This document shows positions 29,413 through 37,241 of a stretch of 64,000 bases of DNA, piece after piece. This stretch comes from Gammaproteobacteria bacterium 28-57-27 (lineage in GTDB: Bacteria; Pseudomonadota; Gammaproteobacteria; Halothiobacillales; Halothiobacillaceae), in the NCBI GenBank assembly GCA_002281735.1, contig NCGK01000019.1:10777-74776 (forward strand), written 5' to 3'. The notes beneath the pieces are model-generated. The model searched no databases and was not told the origin of the DNA. It was given only the letters and a program-made list of their open reading frames with translations. The position numbers were made by a program, and so were the translations under genes. Position 1 is the first letter of the stretch. Each line of letters opens with the position of its first letter.

Positions 29413-29865
29413 TCAACCGAAGAACGGCCCGGCCACCCCAACCACGCTAATCAACACGCCTAGCCCCAGATTGACCGCCATCACCCGACGGATGGGATTC
29501 ATCACCGCGCCGCCCTCGGACCAGTTTTCGGCGGCCACCGCGCGGCGCAGGCGGGCGAACAGCACGAAGTACAGCCAGGCAAAGATCAGGATCATCAACC
29601 AGCCCACCACCTGCATGGCGATCAGGTAGAGCGGCGTGTTTTGGCCAAAGCGGGCGAGCATATCCAGATAGCCGCTGAGTATCAGCACGGCGATGAATAT
29701 CCACACCCAGGGAAAGAAGCGCGTATAAATGCTGACCCACATGCGTAGTCGGGCAGGCGGCTCCAATTGCGCACTGACCGGGCGCATGACCATGTAGGCG
29801 AAAAAAATGCCACCGATCCAGAACACGGCGGCGAGGGTGTGCAGGGACAGATACAAGGCGGACAT
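29413..29865 (-). CDS. CopD-like four-TM membrane protein
   Basis: LHTLAAVFWIGGIFF; FFPWVWIF; four hydrophobic segments. Confidence 0.75.
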   Translation of the reverse strand: MSALYLSLHTLAAVFWIGGIFFAYMVMRPVSAQLEPPARLRMWVSIYTRFFPWVWIFIAVLILSGYLDMLARFGQNTPLYLIAMQVVGWLMILIFAWLYFVLFARLRRAVAAENWSEGGAVMNPIRRVMAVNLGLGVLISVVGVAGPFFG

Positions 29866-29912
29866 GGGGACTCCTCAGCAAGGGCGAATGGGGTGCGACC
29901 ATGCTAGCAGGA

Positions 29913-30037
29913 TATTGATCCGGCTCGAATTAAGTGTTGAGCACCCGTTCGCCCTGAGCTTGTCGAAGGGCATTACGCTAGGCTTCGACAAGCTCAGGGC
30001 GAACGGATATTTAAACTATTTGAGTGCCGGATCAATA
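29913..30037. mobile_element. 125-bp element with TATTGATCCGGC termini enclosing a REP hairpin
   Basis: 12-bp terminal inverted repeat; inner CCGTTCGCCCTGAGCTTGTCGAAG...CTTCGACAAGCTCAGGGCGAACGG. Confidence 0.65.
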
Positions 30038-30070
30038 GCTTGGTGAGACATCCTCCCATGCGTTGGTTGA

Positions 30071-30102
30071 GGGCACATCCCCACGCCGGTGGGGATGTGC
30101 CC
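30071..30102. terminator. Perfect hairpin after the rhodanese gene (terminator or RNA-stability element)
   Basis: GGGCACATCCCCAC-GCCG-GTGGGGATGTGCCC; no clear U tract. Confidence 0.45.
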
Positions 30103-30121
30103 AAGGGTTGCGTCCTGTTGC

Positions 30122-30979
30122 TCAGGCTGGGGCGTAAGGCAGACCTGATTCAATGGGCAGCTCAGGATCACGCGACCACTCGTTCCAAGAACCGAAGTAG
30201 AGTTTGACGTTATTGACTCCCGCCGCTTTGAGCGCGACCAAGGTATTGGAAGCGCGCGCGCCTTTGAAGCAGTAGAGGTAGACCGGGGTATCCGAGCCGA
30301 TGCCCACGGTGTGACATTCAGCCAGGATTTCTTCCGGAGCCTTATAAAGCGGGGTCGCGCCCGGCTTCATGAAGCGATACCACTCGATCCAGCGCGCGCC
30401 GGGCAGACGACCCTTGCGCGGGCAGAAGTCTTTGCCATACGGTGAGGAGCTGGTACCGATCCACTCATCAATGTCGCGCACGTCCAGCAGCACCACGTTC
30501 TCATCATCCAGCGCGGCCAGCACTTCGTCCTTGCCGATCAGCAGCTCGGTTCCGGTGTCACGCAGCGGGAATTCGGTACTTGCCGCCTCGGGAACTTCGG
30601 TGGTGACCGGCAGACCGGCGTCCAGCCAGGCGCGGTAGCCGCCATGCAGGATGGAGACTTTCGGATAGCCCAAATAGGCGAGCAGCACATAACCGCGTGT
30701 GGACTGGCCGAAGCCGGTGTTCATCGCCTCCTCGTAGATCACCGCCGTTTCCTTACCGGTCAGCCCGGCCTTGCCGAAGGCCTCGGAGAACTTGGCCTTG
30801 AGCGCCGCCAAGCCTTCCGGGGTGGAGGTGGCGAGGTAGGTGAAGATGTCATGGATGTTCACCGCGCCAGGAATATGCCCGGCGGCATAGGACTCCGGCG
30901 AGCGGGTGTCGATGATGACCGTGGGTTCCTTTTCGGTCAGGGTCAGCAGCTCTGGGACAGATAGTAGAACAGTGCTCAT
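30122..30979 (-). CDS. Tandem-domain rhodanese/sulfurtransferase
   Basis: YAAGHIPGAVN; LDVRDIDEW; GRLPGA; active loop YCFKGARAS; YFGSWNEWS. Confidence 0.92.
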   Translation of the reverse strand: MSTVLLSVPELLTLTEKEPTVIIDTRSPESYAAGHIPGAVNIHDIFTYLATSTPEGLAALKAKFSEAFGKAGLTGKETAVIYEEAMNTGFGQSTRGYVLLAYLGYPKVSILHGGYRAWLDAGLPVTTEVPEAASTEFPLRDTGTELLIGKDEVLAALDDENVVLLDVRDIDEWIGTSSSPYGKDFCPRKGRLPGARWIEWYRFMKPGATPLYKAPEEILAECHTVGIGSDTPVYLYCFKGARASNTLVALKAAGVNNVKLYFGSWNEWSRDPELPIESGLPYAPA

Positions 30980-31029
30980 GCGCGGCTTCCTCGGTGGTGG
31001 TGAAAAAAGTGGGTAGGAGAGGGTCTCAT

Positions 31030-32451
31030 TCAGTTCGCAGCCACTTGGCGGCAGATGGTTTCGTAAAGCTCGGAGGCGCGGGCGGCTTCCGCACCGCTGA
31101 GGGCATAGCCAACCGCTTTGCCGTGGGCGAGGAAGCTCATGCGGCAGGCTGTGCCGTTTTCACTCTCTTGCACCCAGTGTCCCAAGTCGGCCACGCTCAG
31201 GTCGGGTGGGCACAGATTGAGCGCCAGACTCGGCGTTTTGACGCGGATGGCGGTTGGTTTGCACTCAAACAGTGCACTTTCGCCGCAGATTGACGCCGCA
31301 ATCGCTTCAGCCTGACGCTTGATCGGCTCGATGTAAAAATAGCTGCGCCCGTCTACCTCGGCGCAATCGCCCACGACAAAGATATGCGGGTCGCTGCTGC
31401 GCATATCGGCCGGATCGGCATGAATGCCGCGATTAACCAGCAGACCCGCCTTTTTCGCCAGTTCGATATTCGGCACCAGACCCATGGCGGAAATCACCAG
31501 ATCAGTAGCAAGTGTCGCGCCATCGGTCAGGGTGGCGCGATACCCGGCGCAGTCGCTCGCACCGCCGCGCTCCAACGCGGCCAGACTGACACCGGGACGG
31601 AAGTCGATGCCCTGCGGCTTGAGCGCTTGCAGCAAACGCGCGGCCAGCGGCGGCGGCGCAAGACGCCCCAACAACTGCTCGCCCAGATCAAGCAGGGTGA
31701 CGCGATGCCCGCCTGCGTGCAGGTCTTCGGCGAATTCCACGCCAATCAGACCCGCGCCGATCAGGGTGACGTGCTGCGCGCCGCTATCCAGCCGTTCGCG
31801 CATCTTGCGGTAGCTGGCCAGGTCGTTGACGCGCAGGATGTCGTCAGCGGCCCCGCCTTCAAAGGGACGGCGGCGCTGGCTGGCGCCCAAGGCGAGCACC
31901 AGTTGGCCGTATTTCACATTACCCTTGGCGGTCATCAGGCGTTTGTCGGCAGGCTTGATGCCCATCACACGGGTGTTGGCCTGCAAGGTCACGCCCAGTT
32001 CGGCGGCCTTGTCCGTGCCGGATTGTTCCACCAGATCATCCGCGCTGCGCCCCTGACCAATGGCCATGCTCAGCGCGGGTTTGGGATAGACGCAACCATC
32101 ATCGGCGCAGATCAAGGTGATCGCGCGTTCCGGGTCGCGTGCGCGCAGGCGTTCGGCCACCGTCCAGCCTGCAATGCCGCTGCCGACGATGACCACCGCG
32201 TCCTCCCCGCCCACCTGCCCCTTGGCACGCGGCGGACGGTTTTTCGGCGCGGAGGAACCGCCACGCTGGGCGGCATACTCTTCCAAAGTGATGAAGTCGG
32301 CCTTGGTCACCCCGCACAACGGGCACGACCAGTCCTCAGGGATGTCTTCAAAGCGCGTGCCGGGAGCGAGCCCGCTGTCCAGGTCGCCCTTGCTCTCGTC
32401 GTAGATCCATCCGCAGGTCTTGCAGATCCAGCGCGGGGTGCTCATAGCCAT
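31030..32451 (-). CDS. Rubredoxin fused to FAD-dependent NAD(P)H oxidoreductase
   Basis: CKTCGWIYD...WSCPLCG; VIVGSGIAG; LIGAGLIGVEFA; VGDCA. Confidence 0.92.
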   Translation of the reverse strand: MAMSTPRWICKTCGWIYDESKGDLDSGLAPGTRFEDIPEDWSCPLCGVTKADFITLEEYAAQRGGSSAPKNRPPRAKGQVGGEDAVVIVGSGIAGWTVAERLRARDPERAITLICADDGCVYPKPALSMAIGQGRSADDLVEQSGTDKAAELGVTLQANTRVMGIKPADKRLMTAKGNVKYGQLVLALGASQRRRPFEGGAADDILRVNDLASYRKMRERLDSGAQHVTLIGAGLIGVEFAEDLHAGGHRVTLLDLGEQLLGRLAPPPLAARLLQALKPQGIDFRPGVSLAALERGGASDCAGYRATLTDGATLATDLVISAMGLVPNIELAKKAGLLVNRGIHADPADMRSSDPHIFVVGDCAEVDGRSYFYIEPIKRQAEAIAASICGESALFECKPTAIRVKTPSLALNLCPPDLSVADLGHWVQESENGTACRMSFLAHGKAVGYALSGAEAARASELYETICRQVAAN

Positions 32452-32469
32452 TCTCCAGCAATAATCAGA

Positions 32470-33606
32470 TCAAGCCGCCGCCATGGCGTCAATTTCCTTG
32501 CGCAGGTGCTTGGTGGCCGGAGTCACAATGGCCACAAAATAGGCCTCGCGCAATTTGCGCTGCGCCGGGGCGTCGTGCAGATAACCGTTGGCGCCGGTGT
32601 GCAGCATGGCCGAATTGGCCGCTTTGACCACCAGTTCACCGCCCAACAAACGCGCTTCCAGCACGCTGCGGATGTAGTCCGGGTCTTGATTGAACGGCGT
32701 TTCGCACAGTCCAGCGATAGCCTCGCGTGCATCCTCCAGCTCAACACGCAGCTCATCGGGGCGATCATCAAGGTAGCAATTAACATGCCCAAGCTTGGGT
32801 TCCACGTCTTCGCACAACTGGATGCAGCTTTCGATCACCCCGGTCGCCATACCGGTCTGCAACAGGATAAAGCCCGCTTTCATCTTCTTTAGATAAGGAA
32901 TCAGCGGGTCGCCCAACACATGGTTCTTCGGCACGAAGACATCCTTGAACACCAGCGCATAGGTGCCGGTGCCTTCCATGCCGCAGAATTTGGCCAGCTG
33001 TTTGAGCTCCATCCCTTCCCAGGAGGTATTGACCAGAGCCATCACATCGCGCGGGTTGTCGCCGCCGACTTTGAAAATGGAACCGAACCAGTGATCGGGA
33101 CCGAGGTTGGAGATCCACGGCAGGTTGCCGTTAAGGATGAAACCGTCCTCGGTTTCGACGGCAGACACCAGCAACGGCTCAATGCCGGCCAGGTATTTCA
33201 TCGGATTGGAGAGCGCCGTGCCACCGAGTGCTTCGCCGCTGGCCAGTTTGGGCAGCAGGGTTTGCTTGAGATAGTCGTTATTCGACATCTCGACGTACCA
33301 GCACACCACGTCCTGCGCCCACATCATAAAGCCGGTGGACATGCACTCTTGCGAGACAATATCCATCGCCTTCAGTGCGGCCTGCAGGTCGTATTCGCCG
33401 CGCCCGTTCTGCGAGGCGAGGTGCTGACGGAAAGCGCCCGCTTCGCCCAGTGCGCGCAACACCTCGGCAGGGTAATGTCCCTGATCGATCTTCACGGTCA
33501 GCGGGGCGAGTTTGTCGCGCACGATGTCGCGGATCGTATTGAACAGCAGCTCGCCCATGGGGGCAGCGGGCGCGATTTCATTCAGACTAGGTGTTACGGC
33601 GGTCAT
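32470..33606 (-). CDS. Acyl-CoA-dehydrogenase-fold flavoprotein, non-canonical
   Basis: ACAD architecture (GTALSNP; LNGNLPWISN; AMLHTGANGY); IYEGT replaced by IVTPAT. Confidence 0.85.
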   Translation of the reverse strand: MTAVTPSLNEIAPAAPMGELLFNTIRDIVRDKLAPLTVKIDQGHYPAEVLRALGEAGAFRQHLASQNGRGEYDLQAALKAMDIVSQECMSTGFMMWAQDVVCWYVEMSNNDYLKQTLLPKLASGEALGGTALSNPMKYLAGIEPLLVSAVETEDGFILNGNLPWISNLGPDHWFGSIFKVGGDNPRDVMALVNTSWEGMELKQLAKFCGMEGTGTYALVFKDVFVPKNHVLGDPLIPYLKKMKAGFILLQTGMATGVIESCIQLCEDVEPKLGHVNCYLDDRPDELRVELEDAREAIAGLCETPFNQDPDYIRSVLEARLLGGELVVKAANSAMLHTGANGYLHDAPAQRKLREAYFVAIVTPATKHLRKEIDAMAAA

Positions 33607-33664
33607 GGCGTTCTCCTTCGGAATTCTTGAGGCCGCTTCGCCACACGACGAAGCGGCGGGTTCA

Positions 33665-34228
33665 TTACAGCAGGGCGCAGTCGAGAGCGACCGGACGCAT
33701 CATGGTGTTGGCAACCGGCGACCACTTCTTGGCGTGTTGCAGCAGGGCATCCAGGTCTTCCGGGCTGACCGGATCGAGGGTGGCGACGTCAAACTTGACG
33801 CGAATGGCGGTGAAGCCCAGCGGCTTGTCTTCAGCCAAGTCGCCCGTACCCCACACGGCGGTGACGTTGATATCGCCTTCGATCAGCAACTCCAGCTTGG
33901 TCAGCTTGATGCCGCGTGCGGTAGAGTTGGCATGTACACCCACCGCTAGGCAAGCGCCGAGCGCAGCCAGCAGGGCTTCGGACGGGTTCGGCGCGGTGTC
34001 TTCGCCCAGCAGGTGCGGCGGCTCATCCACCACCACCGGCGCCAGTTCGCGGATATAGGTTAGGTTGCGGAACTGGCCTTCGCACACGGTCTTGGCTTTC
34101 AGGGTGACAACAGCGCTCGGATTGGCTTTGCCTTTCTCGCCAAGGGCAGCGAGGCCGCTCGCATCGATTTCGCGCAGGGCTTGACGGATGCAGGACGGGG
34201 CGACAGGTTCTTCAAACTGGGTGCTCAT
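33665..34228 (-). CDS. OsmC/Ohr-fold protein, C-terminal Cys replaced by Ser
   Basis: DEPPHLLGEDTAPNPSEALLAALGACL; WSPVANT. Confidence 0.85.
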   Translation of the reverse strand: MSTQFEEPVAPSCIRQALREIDASGLAALGEKGKANPSAVVTLKAKTVCEGQFRNLTYIRELAPVVVDEPPHLLGEDTAPNPSEALLAALGACLAVGVHANSTARGIKLTKLELLIEGDINVTAVWGTGDLAEDKPLGFTAIRVKFDVATLDPVSPEDLDALLQHAKKWSPVANTMMRPVALDCALL

Positions 34229-34273
34229 GGGGATTTTCCTCGGTTATGCGTTGATGGTTCGCAATCGAGGTAA

Positions 34274-34309
34274 TGCACAGCCCGTGCCAAGCGGCTCAAC
34301 CCATTGATA
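34274..34309 (-). promoter_or_regulatory. sigma54 promoter plus IHF site of the four-gene redox operon
   Basis: Minus strand TGGCACGGGCTGTGCA (34274-34289); TATCAA-TGGG-TTG (34297-34309). Confidence 0.82.
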
Positions 34310-34355
34310 TAAAAGATATTTTACTAAACAAGCCGCACACCACTGCACCAAAGCA

Positions 34356-34410
34356 TGACATTGTCGATCTATTTGTCCTTAAATGTCCTTTTTACGGTCG
34401 AACAATGTCC
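34356..34410. promoter_or_regulatory. Candidate activator UAS between divergent promoters
   Basis: GACATTGTC 34357-34365; AAATGTCC 34381-34388; GTCGAACAATGTCC 34397-34410. Confidence 0.65.
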
Positions 34411-34486
34411 GACCGGAGGGTGTTGAGCGCGCCGCGCTGCGCGCCAAATATCCCGAAAGCCGCATCCAGACGCGCTTCGTCAATGT

Positions 34487-34502
34487 TGGCAAGCTTTTTG
34501 AT
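34487..34502 (+). promoter_or_regulatory. Variant sigma54 promoter for cynS
   Basis: TGGCAAGCTTTTTGAT: -24 GG and spacing fit, -12 is GA instead of GC. Confidence 0.45.
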
Positions 34503-34574
34503 AGTACTTTTAACAGGCGAACAATACGCCCAGCCCACAAAGCAACCTCATTCAACCTAACCGGAGAAATTGCC

Positions 34575-35018
34575 ATGATGAGCAAAGAAGCCCTGACCGC
34601 CCTGATCCTTGAAAAGAAAGAAACCCTCGGCCTGAGCTGGGAGGCCATCGCCAGCGGCATCGGCCTCTCGCCGGTGTTCACCACCTCCGCCTGTCTGGGC
34701 ATGAACAGCCTCAAGCCGGAGTACGCGCAAAAGCTGGTCACCGTGCTGGAATTACCCGCCGAGGCCAAGGCCGCGACCGAAGCCTGCCCGAGCAAGAGCT
34801 GGGAAAAAGCCGTACCGACCGACCCGCTGATTTATCGCCTGTACGAAATCGTCGGCGTGTACGGCCCGACCATGAAGGCACTGATTCATGAAAAATTCGG
34901 CGACGGCATCATGAGCGCCATCGACTTCTCCATGCACATCGACAAGGAAGAAAACCCACTGGGCGACCGCGTGGTAGTGACCATGAACGGCAAATTCCTG
35001 CCTTACAAATCCTGGTAA
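34575..35018 (+). CDS. cynS: Cyanate hydratase (cyanase)
   Basis: PTDPLIYRLYE; EKFGDGIMSAIDF; GKFLPY; RBS GGAGA before ATG 34575. Confidence 0.97.
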   Translation: MMSKEALTALILEKKETLGLSWEAIASGIGLSPVFTTSACLGMNSLKPEYAQKLVTVLELPAEAKAATEACPSKSWEKAVPTDPLIYRLYEIVGVYGPTMKALIHEKFGDGIMSAIDFSMHIDKEENPLGDRVVVTMNGKFLPYKSW

Positions 35019-35037
35019 CTCAAAAACCCGCCAAAAC

Positions 35038-35067
35038 AAAAAACCCCGTCATTTGACGGGGTTTTTT
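35038..35067. terminator. Bidirectional intrinsic terminator
   Basis: AAAAAACCCCGTCA-TT-TGACGGGGTTTTTT between convergent genes. Confidence 0.85.
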
Positions 35068-35114
35068 ATTGACCGTGAAACACGCGGCGCACTAGGCGCG
35101 CACGCTTTCAGCCA

Positions 35115-35429
35115 TTACTTCAGGGTCGCGATATACGCAGCCAGATTGTCGATATCGGCATCGGACAGGCTTGCGGCTTGCGGAGCCATCATCGCGGTGT
35201 TCGCACCGACGGTCTTGCCAGCCTTGTAGTCCTTGAGCAGGGCGGCGGTCTTGTCAGCTGGCTTGCCAGACAGCTTCGGGAAAATACCCATGCCTTCACC
35301 GTTCATGCCGTGGCAGCTTGCGCAGATGGAGCCGAACTTAGCCTTGCCTGCAGCGGCATCGCCCGCAGCAAAAGCACTGCCGCTCATCAGGGCGATAGCG
35401 GCGGAAAGGGCAACAACAATCTTCTTCAT
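35115..35429 (-). CDS. Class I monoheme cytochrome c (c553-like)
   Basis: Signal peptide, CASCH, MMAPQA. Confidence 0.9.
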   Translation of the reverse strand: MKKIVVALSAAIALMSGSAFAAGDAAAGKAKFGSICASCHGMNGEGMGIFPKLSGKPADKTAALLKDYKAGKTVGANTAMMAPQAASLSDADIDNLAAYIATLK

Positions 35430-35764
35430 GGTGACGATCTCCTGGTGGTTTTTTACATACGTAAGCTTGGGTTGGCAATGAGATGTAAAAGTTCAATAAC
35501 CCTTATCCCAAGCCTCAGACCGATGCTAACACAGCCCACGCCCGCCCCAAATACGCCCAACCTCACACCGACTTATTGTTTTATTTGCTACTGGAATAAG
35601 CCGGCTCACGCGATACACCCAAATGACGCGCGGAATACCCCTTGCTCCACTCGCACGCAACCCTCATGACAAGATTTTATAAATACCTAAATCAGTAAAG
35701 TTTATTTATGGGCACTTGAGCTGTTACATTAACCTCACCCCTTCAAGTTAACGGAGCTCACCTC

Positions 35765-36742
35765 ATGACCAACACGCCGCATCAACCCGCCCACGGGCGG
35801 CTTGAACACTTCTCCATTGCCTTCTTCGCCATTGTCATGGGTCTGGCCGGCCTCACCATCGCCGTGGAAAAAGCACAGCATCTGTGGGGCTGGGGAACCA
35901 TGCCCGGACTCACCCTGCTTGCCGTGACCACACTGAGCTATATCGGCATCTCACTGGTCTATCTGATCGAGTTTGCGCGCCATCCAAAGGAAGTTATCGC
36001 CGAATTTAATCACCCCATCCGCATGAGCTTTTTCCCTGCGACATCCATTGGCATGATCCTGATTGCAATCGCCAGCCTGGAGACGTTTCCGGTGGCCGCG
36101 TTCTACCTCTGGGCGATCGGCACGGTGGTGCAGTTAGTATTCACGCTGGTCATTCTTTCCAACTGGGTGCACCACGAAAAATTCCAGATCCAGCACAGCA
36201 ATCCCGCCTGGTTCATTCCTATCGTGGGTACGATCCTGGTGCCCGTCGCGGGCGTGCCGTTGGGCTTTATGGAAATTTCCTGGTTTTTCTTCAGTATCGG
36301 TCTGCTGTTCTGGATCGTCCTGCTGACCATTCTCATGAACCGCTTCTTCTTCCACCCGATGATGCCGGGCAAACTGTTGCCAACCCTGTTCATTCTTATC
36401 GCGCCGCCCGCAGTGGCCTTCATCTCCTGGATCAAGCTGCATAACGGTGTATTGGACGACGCAGGACGCATTTTCTACTACATCGCCCTGTTCACTACCC
36501 TGCTGCTGTTTGCGCAGATGAAATACTTCGTCAAGGTGAAGTTCGCCTTGCCTTGGTGGGCTTATTCCTTCCCCATGGCGGCCATTACCATTTCCAGCAT
36601 GGTCATGCTGGAAATGGTTGGAGGCGTGTTTTTCGCCTCACTGGCACCGCTTTTGCTCACTCTGCTACTCCTACTTATTGTAGTGCTGGTCTTCAACACA
36701 ATTCGCGCTATGCTCCGTGGTGAGATCTGCGTTCCAGAATAA
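35765..36742 (+). CDS. TDT/SLAC1 (TehA-like) anion channel
   Basis: FFAIVMGLAGL; HPIRMSFFPA; NPAWFIPIVG; WWAYSFP. Confidence 0.92.
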   Translation: MTNTPHQPAHGRLEHFSIAFFAIVMGLAGLTIAVEKAQHLWGWGTMPGLTLLAVTTLSYIGISLVYLIEFARHPKEVIAEFNHPIRMSFFPATSIGMILIAIASLETFPVAAFYLWAIGTVVQLVFTLVILSNWVHHEKFQIQHSNPAWFIPIVGTILVPVAGVPLGFMEISWFFFSIGLLFWIVLLTILMNRFFFHPMMPGKLLPTLFILIAPPAVAFISWIKLHNGVLDDAGRIFYYIALFTTLLLFAQMKYFVKVKFALPWWAYSFPMAAITISSMVMLEMVGGVFFASLAPLLLTLLLLLIVVLVFNTIRAMLRGEICVPE

Positions 36743-36767
36743 GCCCGTGGCTTTAACCCTACAGTCG

Positions 36768-36801
36768 GGGCGGTCTGAAGCGATTCAGACCGCCCTTTTT
36801 T
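36768..36801 (+). terminator. Intrinsic terminator
   Basis: GGGCGGTCTGAA-GCGA-TTCAGACCGCCC-TTTTTT. Confidence 0.85.
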
Positions 36802-36849
36802 ATTCCCCCGGATCCATTTTTCCCTGGTTTGTTTTCAAGGAGCACCACA

Positions 36850-37236
36850 TTGAGCACTCAAAGTATTGTTCATCTACACGGCCTGTTCGTCATCTTGTCA
36901 CTGGTGCTGTTCAGTCTGCGCGGCTATTGGATGCTGCGTGACTGCCCCGCCCTGCAAGCGCGCTGGGTCAAGATCGCCCCGCACATCATTGATACCATGC
37001 TGCTACTGACCGCGCTGTGGGCCGCGTGGTTGCTGTTCTGGAGCCATGGCACGCATCCTGCATTCATTACAGTGAAAATTATCGGGCTAATCATGTACAT
37101 CGTCCTCGGTCTCGTGGCGCTTAAACTCGGTAAAACCAAGGCCATACGCCTCGCCGCGTTCATCGCCGCGCTCAGCGTGTACGTTTATTTGATGGCTGTA
37201 GGTGTCACCATGCGCGTCATTCCCTTTATCAGTTAA
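36850..37236 (+). CDS. SirB2-family membrane protein
   Basis: KIAPHIIDTMLLLT; YIVLGLVALK; TTG start with AAGGAG. Confidence 0.8.
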   Translation: MSTQSIVHLHGLFVILSLVLFSLRGYWMLRDCPALQARWVKIAPHIIDTMLLLTALWAAWLLFWSHGTHPAFITVKIIGLIMYIVLGLVALKLGKTKAIRLAAFIAALSVYVYLMAVGVTMRVIPFIS

Positions 37237-37241
37237 CCCCC

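Noticed and set aside
34304-34318. TTGAT as an FNR box
   Set aside because: The ATCAA half-site is missing; the sequence fits IHF on the minus strand
34383-34574. 64-aa N-terminal extension of CynS in the ORF track
   Set aside because: It overlaps the UAS and promoter region; an RBS precedes ATG 34575, which gives a normal-length cyanase
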